A stretch of 64,000 nucleotides of DNA from Podarcis liolepis (lineage: Eukaryota). Position numbers and translations under genes: made by a program. The DNA lies in assembly GCA_965112155.1 (NCBI GenBank), contig OZ218100.1. One strand, 5' to 3'. The notes under the pieces are model-generated. The model saw only the letters and a program-made list of their open reading frames with translations. It ran no database searches and was not told the DNA's origin. Below are positions 13,601 through 28,534 of the stretch, one piece after another; positions within the stretch are counted from its first letter, which is position 1; each line of letters starts with the position of its first letter.

Positions 13601-16600
13601 AGCTTACATTCCTCAGCATATATTTTTGAAACCTGGGCCTTTGGAATCAAACTTACTTTCTGGTAAGCTGCTTAAGAATTACTTTCAAAGCAAGATATAT
13701 GGAACTATTTTAAAGCTAGATATATGGAACTTACAGGGAAGAAAAACAAGTATCTGGCCCTAGGAACTTGCAATTTAAAAGACAGAAGGCCGAGACGCTG
13801 GAGTAGTAACTTTCAGGGGGCTGAAAGTATTACTTGGCCTCACGACTGGCAACTGGCATTGCTGTGGATCCATATTCCAGGGCCTCTGCTCGCATTTGTT
13901 AAGTAAACCCACAGGCACAGGGTTTGCACTGTGTGAACCAGGCTACTCGCTGCCACAACCAAATTTATCTGTAATGACAAGGCCCATCTCTCATTTGCCA
14001 CATATAGCCATGTAGTGCTTTCAGAGATATGTGATTTCACACTACATCAGAACCTCATATGCAGAAGTTTGGCAATACAGGGCCCTATGAAGCTATCAGA
14101 ATTGCACTAGCTCAAACAAGGAAAGATCAATACCAGTTAATTTCTTCCTATAAAATATGCACTGATGTAACTCCTGCATTAATAGTAAATGCTGTGAACT
14201 GCATCTATTTTGACCATTTGGTTTCTTGAATGAAATGAAATTACAGCTTATACAGCTTACAACAGAGTTTCTTCAAACAACTGGCTTTAAAAAAACCCAG
14301 TTCCTTGAAATATGATATTTTGCATGTATTTTTGCTCCAATCCCAGTTTCAGTCTGGCTTGATTAATTTTAAAAAGACCAAGAAAAAATATTGTAAAATC
14401 ACAAGTTTCCCTGTTGAAGGAATAAAAGTTCATAAAAAATAAAAAATAGTCTCAATTTCTACAACCATGCAATAAGTAAGCCACTTACAGAAATTCTTTT
14501 TGGTCTGCTACAGCACATTAAATTGAAACAGTTTAATTCATAACCTTTCAGACTTAATGACTACATGTCCACATTCTATGAACATATTATTGGTTTTAAT
14601 AAACTAGACTACCATTTGAATGTGGGGCTTGCACAATGGAGGGAAAACATTAAGCACATGTATTATTAATGCTAAAAGTGAGGGAGCAATAATTGATTTT
14701 TACACTACAGTCTTAAGTGGCAATAAATATAAGAGTAGCTTCAGGCCCAGATAAAGATCAAAGAGAGCACAATTTCCATGGTTTCTCAGGTAAAAGGAGA
14801 CTTGTATTAGAATTCCTGAGCTAATCAATACAAATGGACTGACAGCTGGGTGAAAGTGAGTGCATGATTCCATCTTTCAGTAGCGCATCAGGTTTGGAAT
14901 GTTTTGCCCCTTCATGCAAATATTCATCACATAAATCTTTTTTCTTCCACTTGTTTCATGCATGTGCCCTGACTGGGTTTTCTTAACCCCCCCACCCCTT
15001 TCCAGTTCCTCCTTCCACCTTAATTTCAGCTTCTGAATGCTTGTGTTCTGGCATTTCTTATTCCAGTCATGCCTTTTCCAATGTTTATAGCAATGGAAAC
15101 ACGCGCAGATACAGAACAGTATGTACACTGCACCTAAGAATGCACACAATCGTACCAGAACTTATAAAAAGCTGCTGAAGGAAAGGGTCGGTGAGCAACA
15201 TAATGGGAGGGGGGTCTCTAGGAATGAGGTGAAGCTATGAATGAAGCTCTCTTGTTATTTTTGCTACTGGGTGCTGCATTTTGTTTACGTAATCTTTTTA
15301 TAGCCTTAGTATCAAAATGTGTTTGTTTGTTTTTGGCAAGTTGTTAAATCTGCTATTGTTTTGCTATATTATTATGAAATTGCTTTTGTAGTGTTTCTTT
15401 GAAGTGCTTTCCTGTTTTCTTTGTTGCAAACTGCCTTGAGCATATTTTTGTGTGGAAAAGCAGTGTACAAATAAAACGAAATAATGAATGAACTTTGAAA
15501 GCATTGTAACATTGATATATGACAATTAAACTTCTTCATCACTTGAGAATAAAAAGAATTGTTTCTCTGGTGTCTGACCTTTCACAGCAAGCTTCCTGTT
15601 TCTCCTGTTCCAGGACATTAATGTTCCTCACTACACATATGGATGCAACTTCAAAGTACATGTTTCGGGTTGTTTCTCTTGCTACAGCATGAAAAGGGCC
15701 CTGCTCTCATTGGAAACATATATATTGGACACCCACTGCTCTGCGCAGTGGGAAATGCAGCACACAAAAGATACAGATTTTTGCATACCAAATGCACACT
15801 AGAAGGTATATGAAGTCTCTGAATCTCCAGCACCTCTGCTCACTTCTAGATTACTGCTTTCTTAAAACCAAATTTCAGCACTGAAACCACTATCCAGTTC
15901 AATGGTCATGATATGAGATTATGCACTAGTATAGCTCACTTCCCGCTTACTCACTTAGCATTCACGTTGAACACTGCAAAGCACTTTACATGTGTTATTT
16001 TAGTAATCCTTATAACAACTGGAAGGTAGGCCAGTATTATCGAGAACTGACAGATGCAGGCACGGTAAAACAATCCTCCAGCCTCTCAGTCCATCTCTAT
16101 AATCACCTTCTCCTACACACAAATGCTATCACAGCAAACTCAGGTTTGTCAACATACTATCACAAAGATAATGCGCTGTTCATCCCTCAGAGGAGTAGTG
16201 TGGCTTTGTTTACTTATTTGCTGGGATTTTTCATTGACAATAAATAACTGAAATAAAGGAGAATAATTATAACTAAAATCCGAGCATAATGTAAAAGTGT
16301 AAAGCACAGATACAAACCAACTCTTTGTGCGGTACGTAATTATCGGTGGGGTGGGGGATGGGGAGCTTTTGATAATTAAATTATGTCCCTGTATTACAGT
16401 CTTTGGATTCTGCAAAATAATTGAAAACCCAGTCTTATGTCTTCAATCAAGATAAGAGGAAAGGGAAGGCAACCAGATGAAGGAGAAGCAAGTGGGAAGA
16501 AGAGGATGGGGCGAAAATTTATGTATGCCATCTGGGCAAGGAGTGAGATTCCCAGGTGATATTAGCAGCTGTTGTTTGGGGAAAATGTTGTTATAGTCAA

Positions 16601-19254
16601 AGTACACCAGAAAGGCATCTCATATGCTGTTCAAATTTGTCCAACGTATTCCTTCATATACATTTCACTTTCTTTCATTTCACTGTAGAGTCCTCCTCTT
16701 TTTAGGGGAAGAACCACACAGATCATGGCTCCATGCATTACTAGCCTCCACCAGGACCACCTTTCTCACTACTATATATTCTGCATGTGGTGGAAGGAAG
16801 AAGGTACAGTGCGCCGTCTTCTCCATCACACAAATTATAACACTGTACATATATGTAAGTGTGGGAACCAAATGACAGTGATATCCTTATACCTGTAATA
16901 TCAAGCAGTTCTCAATTTAATAATATCTACATTACCTAGAAACAAATGGACATCACAAGACCTGGCCATATTTAAAGCATTTTATGGGTAAATCAGGTTT
17001 TTAAATTTATTTTAAAAACTATTCAGAATAGCAGTGTCACATTGCACTGAACGCTGTTTCAGCACATAAGCCGTGCGACACAAAAAAGACCATACTTCTT
17101 TCACATGTTTTAGACAACTATTTCATCATGTTATGAAGCAGTTGAACTGAAGAGTAGATCAGTTTTGCTTTTATTGGAAGTCTGACTTTTCAGACACAAT
17201 GCCAAATTAATTTTCATATATATTTCATGCACACTGAGAAGTGCTTCCTAGCATATGAAATATTATATAGCCATGTGTGAGCAAATGAGTATTATTTTCC
17301 TTTTTAAATAACACAGAACATATGGAATATGGATTATATCAGCACTTCTCAAAGTTTCCCACCCAGAAAAAAGCCTCATTTCAACCTGAAGATAGTTTCT
17401 GTCTAAAGAAAAAACATATTATGCACCACACTGAAAATATAGTCAGTGAAAAAGTCTTTTCTTAGGTATTCCTTTAAGTTTGAATTGGCTTCTTTATTGC
17501 AGAGTATATGCATATGCATGAAAGTACACAAAGATATCTATCTATATTGGCAATGTGCAAATATATTCAATTTCAAAATACTAATTAAAACACCATAACA
17601 ACAAAACATATTAGGAAACTGTACAGATCTGGCCACACAAATGGCTAAATCCTATTGGTTAATTGGACACAGAATAAAAAACCACAACATATATGCTGGA
17701 ATTTATATAAATTTTCCACAAAGGTTGTGCTATGACTGGAGGAAGAACACAGCAACACAGCTTTTTTTTCTTTGGTGGGTGTCTGTTAGCAAGAATTGCA
17801 ATGTCCGCCTTAATATCACAATGCTGAGCATATTTCCTCAAGAGTAAGTCTCACTGTGTTCAATGAATCATACTCCCAGAAAATGTGTTTGTGATTGTAG
17901 TTATGGAATATTAATAATTCTCTCAAAATATTTTAGTAGTATAATGGATGTATCTAAACAAAATGTAAACTATGTACATAACAACCCCCAAAACACAGAG
18001 GCCTATGTAAATTCCATTAAAATCAGATTTCTATGCACATAATCACTTTAATTTAGTAAAGGGAAGGTGCACACAGAAGGAGGTTTTTCTTGTGAAAATC
18101 ATTTTCTGTATACAAAGGGAAAATGGGCAGTGCCCTTTGCTAGATCCTCTCATTCAGAAGCTAGGACTTTTCCTTTGATAGATCAGACCCATTCATAGAA
18201 CCAAAGAGATGGTGTTATAGGGAGCGGAGATAAATTCAGACCCTACCATTTCCCAAAAAAACAGGTAATTATTTTTTTAAGCTTTGCACACGAAGACCTT
18301 GCTGCACATAGGGGGGGGGGGGCAATGTATTCAATGTATTCAAAGCTAGGGTGACCGAGTCTGGACTGCAACGCAAACATTCACTATTTTACTCACTTGA
18401 CCCAATGAGGTTAATTATTAATTGCTAATACATCCAAAGTGATTGCAGGATGCAGACCTTAAAGATCAGTTAAAGCCTGATTCTGCTTCATATACTACAA
18501 AACTTGACAGTAAGAAGAACAAATTGCATTAATGTTGTGTTCAGTTTCCTTCAAAGTGAATGTACCATTCTTCCAGCTACATGATAAGTTACTACGAAGT
18601 TTATCATTAATGTTCTTAAAGCAGAAAATTCTAACTAGTATCGGAATGAGGCAGCTGACTAAAGGCATTTAAGACACCTCATGTCCTTCCGACATAAAAG
18701 AGCTGACAGCTTTTATCTTTTGTATACAGCTTTGAGTTTTGTTTTGTTTTTACAATCAAGTGGTATATAGATTTAAATAAATAAATAAATAAATAGGGTT
18801 AGTAGCTATCTAATATACATGGGCTTATTTTGAAACTTATCAGGATTATTTTTGAACAAAGAGATGGAGAGGAAGGCCAGAAAACCCCGCACAAAATGAA
18901 ACCTGGATCACCTCCAGGGTAGCATATTGTCTTAGCAGTTTCATTGGCAGCCGGCCAGATATGAGAAGTATTCTTGCAAAATGAACACAGAGAAATTTAA
19001 AAACAAGTTATCATTTAATTCCTCAACCAAAAATACCATTGATGTCTAAAATCAAGAAGACTGTTTAATTAGTAGAATTCTAATGTCTAGACACTGGTCT
19101 CAACATTTCATTTTTATCAATATTCTCACTTTTATGGAAGATATGTTTATCTTCAGAAACAACAGTGATAATTAAAAGTTGGGAAAAACCAAGCAAATAC
19201 TAAAGAAGTGTTTACCATTACTATTATGATAAACCTTTGTTCATCCCAAGTCAC

Positions 19255-19290
<36 letters not shown>
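19255..19290 (+). repeat. (TTA)12 microsatellite
   Basis: Direct reading. Confidence 0.95.
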
Positions 19291-19291
<1 letters not shown>

Positions 19292-20143
19292 AGTCAAAGT
19301 TAGCAGTATTTATGATACTTCTAACAGATTTGCATGGGTAGTTTCATATTACAATTCTTAACGCTATCTCCCAAGTTTAATGCACAGGTTCTTATTCTCT
19401 GCATCTTCAATACTGGAAGATTTGTTCAGTCCTGCAAAGATCTAAAGTCAATATCACACTGTATAAAATCCACCTGTGGGAAACTTGCAGAAATAAAACG
19501 TGTTTGCATTTTAGAATCCTGTGTAATGAATCAAACCTTTAGGAACCAGATCTGATATGGGTGCAGAGGAAACCATGCATGCTGTGACTCGCTTCCCTTT
19601 CTGAATAGCAACTTTCCTACAGCCACCCCTAGGACCCTAATGCAGCCCCAAAAAGCTTTTCAGTGGCTAATTAATCACAAGTGCATTATACTGTTACTTT
19701 TAGTTTCTGTATAGTTTCCTACAAATAAGCTACTCAGAATAAGCAGCAAGCATTCATCACACACAAGATTGTTCATGGTATCTTTTCTGCAAGTTGTGAT
19801 TTCTTCAAGGGTATTCTGAAGAATGTCCTCCTTGGCCTATTTCTTATAAAATTGCATTATGTAACTGCATTTACAGTGTTTGTGCAACACCATTAGTAAA
19901 GATGAACCGTGCTCTGCATAGTCAGTTTAACAGCCTTTTCAAAATGCAACATTCAATTGTTGACTTCCACCCTTGAATGCAATTGATCTACGCCAGCTAG
20001 TGTGAAGCATAACAATTCCAAGGCTCATGGTATCTGAACTAAATAACGGAACACTTTCATTCAAAAGTCATTTAAAAAAAAAGAGAGAGACACAGTAAAA
20101 TATTCAGTAGGGGAATACATAAAAGTATTTTTTTTCTACTTAC

Positions 20144-20813
20144 GTTCACACGTGTCCCCTTTTTGCTGGAAACCAGCTTTGCAGATACACTTTCCAATAG
20201 GTACTAACCATTCTCCCTCTGCACTACAATGCATTCTAGGAGAGTTCTCAGCCTCTTCTTCTGCGCTGCTGACACAGGTTCCTCGTACCTCAACTAAGGA
20301 GGAGAACTCTGACCCAGTCACTGTATCTGGAAAAATAGCTAAGTTCTCAATAATGGACCAGCACTTCTTGTAGTATACTTTGACAGAAACCAAAGCAATG
20401 CAGGCACCTACATCCTGAAATGCAAGGTAGAATCCTTTTTTGGACAGAGGTCCAATCTCTCTCACCTCTGTGTTAAGTTTCATCTTTCTCTCCCCAAGGT
20501 CACCTTGGGTAAAGCTTTCATCAGCTGCAATAGTATCTATTTTTACATACAGGTTTTCTCTGATACTCCTGCCAGTGTCATAGTCTGTTTCGTAATAATG
20601 CAAGTTGAAAGTTTCTTTACATGTTCCCAGGACTCCAGGAAGGCTATTACAATCCCTCAGAGTAAATTTTAGTTCTACAAAAATCCTTTGTGCATTGCCT
20701 TTTGCGATCCAGTTAGTCCGAAGCCAGTTATTTTGGTTAGGTTCCATGACTTGGCATACCTGGTACGTTCGTATAGGCGTGTAGTTTTCATCCAGCCCAC
20801 TAATTTCTTCCCA
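20144..20813 (-). CDS. EPHA7: EPHA7 coding exon 3 (ligand-binding domain and start of Cys-rich region), 670 nt
   Basis: Acceptor ttttAG|TGG. Translates [33 protein letters not shown]...[15 protein letters not shown], a classic EphA ligand-binding domain. Donor C|GTAAGT at 20144/20143. Downstream exons lie outside the window. Confidence 0.98.
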
Positions 20814-23800
20814 CTAAAACATAAAAGAAATAATTATTCATATTAAAATAGGACATTTTAGCATACTTAACAATAAAGCATCTTTCTCAAAATATGGGGG
20901 GGGGGGATTGAACTGTGGTGATGAATCTGATCCAAACCCTAGCAATATCAAAAGCATTTACATGGAGAGCTAGTATACTGTAGTAGCCAAAGGAGTGAGC
21001 AGCCCTGGTTCTCAATCTTACCTGAACTATGCAAGTTACATTTTAACCTCTGTCCTATCTAAGATTCAGATTGTGAATAATAACAAACTACTTTGCAAGT
21101 TTGTTACAAGGATTACAAGATATTTTAAGTGAAACAATTTGGACACACTAAATTGCTATATAAATGATTTTCTAACCATTTACTTCATCTTGCATTAAAT
21201 GGGTACTCTAGATCTGACAGAAACACCGGGAAAATTTTGTCACCGATTCCATGGACTATGGTCTGCAATCTTAATAATTAAAGGAGAAAACTAAGATTAT
21301 AGAGGAACACTCTTCCAACTGTGATTCGGCAGACATCCTCCCTTTTGACCTCCATGCATCTCTTGAAGATTTTATGGCACTAGGCATATACAGTTGTTTA
21401 CCATTTTCTGGAGTAGATGGTCATTTTAATGATGTTCTGTACTACTTTTAATGAAAGAGAAAGGCTATGTTTTTATATTGCTGTACACAGGACTGGTATT
21501 TTAGGAAAGGGTGGTATATGAATACTGTCATAAATAAATAAACAAAACACACAAATTTTGTGGGCCAAGATCTAAAGAGTTTGTGTCTGACATGGCAGAT
21601 TTTTCCAGATCACTTTCTCAGACAGCTCAGGGAGGCTGCAATTAGAAGCCCTGCTGGATTCACTAAAGCTTCCTACACAACCACACTGGATCCCAGCCAT
21701 AGTCTCTGAATTGTATTATTCAACAGGCACAGATTCACAACACATTTGATACAGAGAAATGGCAGGCAGGTCCATGGGGCTACTGCTGAGTTATGGGCTT
21801 TCCATTCTACAAAATCAATCAAAACTTCAGGGGTATCAAAATAAACAAAATGCCTTTAGAAAGATGTAAATCTACAAACAAAGGCTGCAATATCGGGGCT
21901 ACAATCTGCTATGCAGCCTCTCTGCAGCTGTCTAAGAGTAAAAAAGTATGCTATGTGGAATTTAGAGTAGGTAAAAAGTCTCTATGTTACAAAGGTATGC
22001 ATATGGTATCCAGTGAAGCATGGTAGCATTCTAATATTTAGGGACTGAATCCTTCGATTTCTACTTCCTTGAATATTAGAAATCAGAACAAAAAGTTTAC
22101 ATTAGAAATCAACTGTTATCAATTCTAATTGTTTGAAACCAAAACTACTATTTTTTCTTCTACTACTATTTTACATGAACTGCAAAAACTCAAGAAAATC
22201 ATTTTTTAATTTAACCCAATATTCTACTTGGTTCACTGTAACAATTCAGGCCCCTAAATTCTTGACTCGTAAAAGTCATTCAGCTATGCTAGTCTAGTCC
22301 AGATTATCTTTATTTCAATGTGTTTTCTTCTGAAGGAAGGAAAATAATAATATTTTCTCCTGCAGGTAATGAATAAAGCTGTTTTGAGCGAAGACTGAGG
22401 TGGTTCGTCGGTCGATGAAAAAATAGGTGATTGAACATAGTTCAATGGGAAGGCCAAAGGGCTAGTCCAAAAATATATTTCCAAATCTAACAAATGAAGA
22501 AAAATTACCACATTCCATGTGGGAAACATCATATGGCATACAGCTTATCGCTGACAGGCTTATCACCTTACAGCTTTGATCCTGGAATTGCATGAGGTGA
22601 TACAAGACAATTATCTTTGATGAATTACCACATGATTATATTGCTTCGTATAATCAAGTTATGACTGCAATTATATCCAAAATGCAATCTGAATTAACCC
22701 TTTGGAGTAAAATAATGACATTTAAATTTGGCTTATCTATTGAAACTGATATTAGATAAAGCTTACATCTATATTGGAAACTATCTCGGTATAACTTTTC
22801 AGATTTTGTTTTTGAAAACGAAGGAATATATAAAAGTTAGTAGTGGCATACAGTATGCTCCTTCAGGCAAAAGGTCAAGGCTATTTTTGCATATCCCTCC
22901 CACCCCCCCGCCCCTTGTAGTCCCCATGCCTCTACAAATCTACTCAAGAAGTTTGGGAGACCCTTCAGAAGCGTGTGGGAGATGGCATTGTGGGCTGCAG
23001 GGGAGAGGAAGAACAAGTGAGAGTCGTCTCCTCACTTCCACACAAGAAAACATGACGTTTGTGGAGCAGTAACCCCTGTCAGATGCAATTTTATTCTAAG
23101 AACAGAAAGAGCGTTTCCAAAAATGGAAAAGCAGGTCTGGATTCAACCCAATGATTTTTATTATTTTTTTGGCAGTATTATTTCCTTAACATTGAACAGG
23201 CCTTGGAGTGTGAATCAGGTTGGGTCACAATCACTCATCTTCTTGTGGGAACAATTCATTACTCAGGACCAGTTATCTGTAACAGTTAATGATTAAGAAC
23301 AGCTCATATGCATGCGCCCTCCTAAAAAGAAACTGTTTTTCTCCTTTCTCTTATTATTTGCAGTTAAGTGCTAGATCAGTATTCACATTAGGTGAAGTTA
23401 ACAGTAACACTTATTCAGGTTTTACTAACCACTTTCAAACCCTGGTCAGCATCAGCCACTCCTTTTGTTTTGTGCTCACGGAGTGCTTAATTGTAGTCAA
23501 CGCCAATAGGTAATGAGCAGGTGAAATTTTTACCAGGTGACAGAAGGGGCTGAGTGGGGGATATTGCAATCACCCCCTGAGAGAAACGTGACCTTGAAAT
23601 CCCTGCCATTTTAACCATGGTTAAGGGGCTGCTCAGCATTATATCTACCCAAGTCATCACTATTAATGACTCATGGAAGGCAAGCACTAAGGAAGACTGG
23701 CCTACCATGCTCAAAGCCATGTATCACACAATAGTTCACAAGCCTATTTGACAGCAAATGAGATCATTTTAGTGTTAGTCCACTGCTCTAAGAAAAGCAG

Positions 23801-25901
23801 ACATTGATGAACTGATGCTGGAACTTATTACCACAAAATATATGATGGTTGTAAATGTTGAAACGCACAGAAGTTGTAAATATAAAACTGTATTTTCAAA
23901 GCACTGCAGTATTTATGTCACAATACGCATGATATGACATGTTAGCTTAATGAAATGCACACTGTTGCTTTAGTGAGCTGAACTAATTGCCCACTGAAAC
24001 TTAATATCCCCTTTAAGAAAGGAATCATGTGAAGCTACATTATATTAAGTCAGACCAATGGTCTACATAGCACAGAACTGCCAACTGACTGGCAGGCAAA
24101 TGGCTGCCCCGCCCTTTTAAAAAGAACCAAAGTTCTTTTTAAATGGGGATAAAGTTTGCAATCTTCAGTGGTACAGCACATGCTTTGTATACTGAGCAAT
24201 GGTCTCTTCTCATCTCACTGCTTTGAACAGTACATAATACCAGGTTTGGCATTATGTGGGAAATATGTTATCTGTCATAACTGTGAGAAAGGAAACCATC
24301 TGAAGACATTTTCATACTGAAAATTCAAACAAATTATGTATATGCAAGTTAAGTGTACATATTTACTTTCTTTCCTTGGTTTGAGTACCAGTAGGTAACT
24401 GCAATTACCTTTTCTTAATTTGAAAACTCAATCTAAGCCGGAACTGATGCTTGTATTTAGCTTAAAGTAGGGACATAAGAGACAATCACCTTGAAATAAA
24501 ATGTTTCGATATATTATATTAATCTCCCAGCTTTAATGTGTATATAAACAACTGCAGAAACGTCCTGATTATCAGAAGTATGCTACTGGTACTTTCTAGA
24601 ATTACATATAATAAAACACATTATTGCCTTTTTTGCCATTAATAATGGAGACTTTGGTTTGATTTTCTTTGGTTTCAGAAATGCACTAAGAACACTGAAA
24701 CTATTTTTTCCTCAAGAGCCATCAACCTCTCCTTGAAAATGTGTTAATAAGTTCACTTGGCAATGCTTGGACTCTAGCGCATACAACAAATAAGCATAAT
24801 AAATGCAGACTTTGTGCCTTTTTATTTGCTAGATGACACCAGTATTTTTTTCTTTGTCAGGGGTACAATGCTTTTCTTTTAATCAGTATCTTAAATATGA
24901 CACTTGCAGCATGGACTACCACTGAAGTGTATTCCCATCACCTTTCCTGAAGCATTTTATATCCCCAGCCCCCAAACATGTGACCATGCCTTTATGCAGT
25001 CTACCTAAAATTGTTCTTTCCAACACACATATGAAGTTATTATTCGTCTTAAACTTTCAGCTCACATTACATTTCGAAAGCCTTCAAACTTACTTTCACC
25101 CGATGTTGGATTGAGTTTACGATCTTGCTTTTCAACTAAGACACTTAACAGGTTTTCATTCTTCTTATACACGGGATTTGTTACACTTTTGTATCCCCAC
25201 TCACAGTTCATGCTCTTTCAGTTCCACATTTCTTTATAAGCTTTGGATTAAAGGATTGATTGCGCAAACCTTTATTCACAGGCACTCAAAGAGACTGTGT
25301 GATTTAAGAACTACTCTAAATGGTGGGCAACCCAATCCTCAAAGTGCTGAGGCAGCAGAAACCCTTTTAATTAAATCAAAATTTCATCAGAGGAAAATTA
25401 TTAAGGACGCTTACTTATTTAAACTGCCCATGTGATATAGTTTCTAGAGTGTTTCATTTTTAGAAGAATCTAGATTCTTTCATTCCATCATATTGTTTCT
25501 AAACAGATGTGAGATGGGCATTTCTCATATGATCAAATGAACGGGGGGGGGGGGGAAGGAAGTCTAAATAGGAATGACTTAATTATATAAGTAATGTCAA
25601 ACTACATCAGGATAAGTTAAGTAAAGTTCTGAAAATAAGTACATAAAATTTCTGCTTTAATGGCAGCAATTTCTGTATCTTGATCTTTAAGTTCTATTAA
25701 AAAAATTAAATGCTTGAAATGTTTCTCATGTCTTGAAAACACTCGTATTGTTAAATTATAGAACACAGGTTTGAACTATACCTCCTTTCCCAGGAAAAAC
25801 GTTACACTGACAAAACATTTTGGGAAAATTTTTAATTTAAACTGTGTGTGTGTGATTTTTTTGGTGCAATTTATTTTCCCTTGTTCTTGTGGTATACTTA
25901 C

Positions 25902-25966
25902 CCCATTAGGAGGAGAAGAAATCCATTCCAACTCTGTCTGTTGTGCTTTAGAATCCAACAATATTA
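25902..25966 (-). CDS. EPHA7: EPHA7 coding exon 2, 65 nt
   Basis: Pyrimidine-rich acceptor ...ctttcAG| and donor GGG|GTAAGT. Translates (V)ILLDSKAQQTELEWISSPPNG, in frame with exons 1 and 3. Confidence 0.97.
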
Positions 25967-28340
25967 CTGAAAGAGAGAAAAAAATATTTGTGTTAAAATT
26001 ATTTTAAGAATCAAGTTTCATTTATTAAATTATCTTTCCCTAAAAAATCAGTTCAAAAAGTATTAACACAGAGCAGCTGGATGAACTTCCTCAAGTGCAG
26101 ATGACTAATTTTTCAGGTATAATTTATTATATAAAACAAAATTCTATCGGGAAATGACAGAAAATACCAAAAAAAAATTCATTTTCATTAAAGTACATTT
26201 ATTATGCAACATGCATTTATATACATTAACATTAAGTTACTTTTTAATTTTTTAACTATGTAATAACCTATTGTGATCTGTACTAGTCAAAGATGTATTA
26301 GAGAAGAGTGACAATAATGTTTACGTGTGTATATAAAACAATATATTATACCGAGATGTCAAAAATAATAAATCCAGTTAATTTGGAACTTTTCATCATC
26401 AAAAATATACATATATCTTAGCTTTACAATTCTTCATTATACAATAAATTATTAAAATGCACATACGCATACTGAGATCCAGAAAATATATTTCAAAAAG
26501 ACAAAGATGAAACTGACAGATGTTGGATGCAATTGGAGTGGGGGGGGTTGCCATTTCAGCAAAACAGAGACTACACTTCTATTTTTTCCTATAAAATTTG
26601 TTATAAATTGCAAGTACTGTAAACTTACCTGCTACTTAGAAGTACTGTTATTTTACAGTAGTGCTCAGTCCAATAAACAAAATAAAAATAGAAAAGGGCT
26701 TATACATGGGTAGTAATATAAATTTATTTATAATTTGCTGAATATGAGTACTATTGAGTATTATCATAAAGCTTTACTGACACATTAGTGCATTTAGTTC
26801 CACACCACCTCTTAAAACTGTTGGTCAGTATTTAAACTTCAAATAATGAAATATTATTTCAAATAGCATCATTCTGCTAACTGCAGATACAAACTTGGTG
26901 TTTCTTTTTTTCTTTTTTACATTGACATGTTTTAGTCAAGAGTACATTTTACTAATCGACTGTTAACAAAAGCACCTTTCAGTTTAAAATAACCAATTAA
27001 TATAAATCAATATACAGCCTGCAGTTCTCTACACAGTTAATTAGCAGTAAATTATATTGAAATCCCTGCCCAAGTGTGTAGCTGGCTGCAGTCTTAGATT
27101 TAAAAGTACTTATTGCCATGAGTACCATTTGAAATCTATCCATGCACGTTGACATATTTTGAGAAATAAGCAAAAATAAACTTCCCATCATAAAAAATAG
27201 AACTTTGTGGAATATATTCAGGCATTGTCTAATTTTGTAATCCAGTGTTAACCATGTGTAATGGGAGTAATCACTATTGATTTTAATTCAAATTACTTCC
27301 AAAGAGGAATGCAGCCTTCCAACCTGATCATCTATGCTCACAAATGGGAGTCCCACTTAGGTGCTTACTCTGAAATAAATATGCACCAACGGTTGCAGCC
27401 CTACACTTAAGTATATTGTGGAAAGCATATTGCTTTAAAGAATCTTTTTGTATCCTTACATCGTGCCTTCTCAATGAAGTTCAGGCCCTACTCAAACTTT
27501 AAATAGCTTCACTTTTCATTTAATTATTTATTTAATTAAGCCAGGTATCTAAGGGACTTCAGCTATTAATGGTCTCTAACTAGGAGTTAATAGAGTTCTG
27601 TGTATTGCTGTTGCTAATTAAAGACCATGCTGATAAGCTTAGCTAAAAAAAGTCATAGTGCAGGTTTAACCCTCCATGTCGCCATCAGTACATCTATTGA
27701 AAACAGGTTGTAATTCTTTAATTGCACTAAACATTCCCAGTGGTACTCAAACAACCTAAACATGTATTGTACACAAAATTATAGTGAAAGGGGTATCTCT
27801 CTTCTGTGTCTGGAGTACACAGAATACAAGTTTTAAAGTGCTTAGTGTGCGTTAACTTGATTTTTCAAAGTTATGAGAATAATCCTATTTTATGATACTG
27901 ACTTTTAAAGAAACAACAACTTTTTGGGGAGAGAAAAAAGAAATACTTTCACAGGTGCTGAGGGACCCTTTATTCAAGTTTCACAAGCAAACTTCCCTTA
28001 AGTTTTGCCAAGTGCTCAAAACAGAGGTTTTTCTTTTCCAAAGAAATAAGTCCCTCCAACAAACCAACCAACTCAAACCAGGTCAATAACAACAGAAAAT
28101 GAAATACATTTTAGATTCTGTTAGAGAAAGGCCTCTAATGAAATCTGTAGCCCACACATCGGCCAATTCCAGCTTTGCTGCAGTAGTCAGATCAACAGCT
28201 CAAAAATAAAGGACAGCCAGTGTAACTTGCCAGATAGAAAACTATTTCATGAACGGTGGTGCTACTATATAAAACTAGCTGTACCTAATGGAGCTACTTT
28301 TTTGGGGGGGGGTCAATTATAACCTTTGGTACCCATAAAG

Positions 28341-28534
28341 CAGAGCTTTCCAAACTTTTCATGTTAGTGACACACTTTTAAGACATGCAGCATTTCATGA
28401 CACCGTAATTCAGTTTTATTAGCAAACCGGAGGTTAAACCAACCCCTTGTAAGAGCATGGGGAGCGTTTGCATGACACACCTACACACTGCACCCTACAC
28501 AATTATATGTCGCGACACAGTTTGGAAAGCTCTG
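28341..28534. mobile_element. hAT-like MITE in EPHA7 intron 1
   Basis: Perfect 16-bp TIR CAGAGCTTTCCAAACT / AGTTTGGAAAGCTCTG. Repeated GACAC subterminal motifs. The 8-bp flanks match only partly. Confidence 0.8.
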
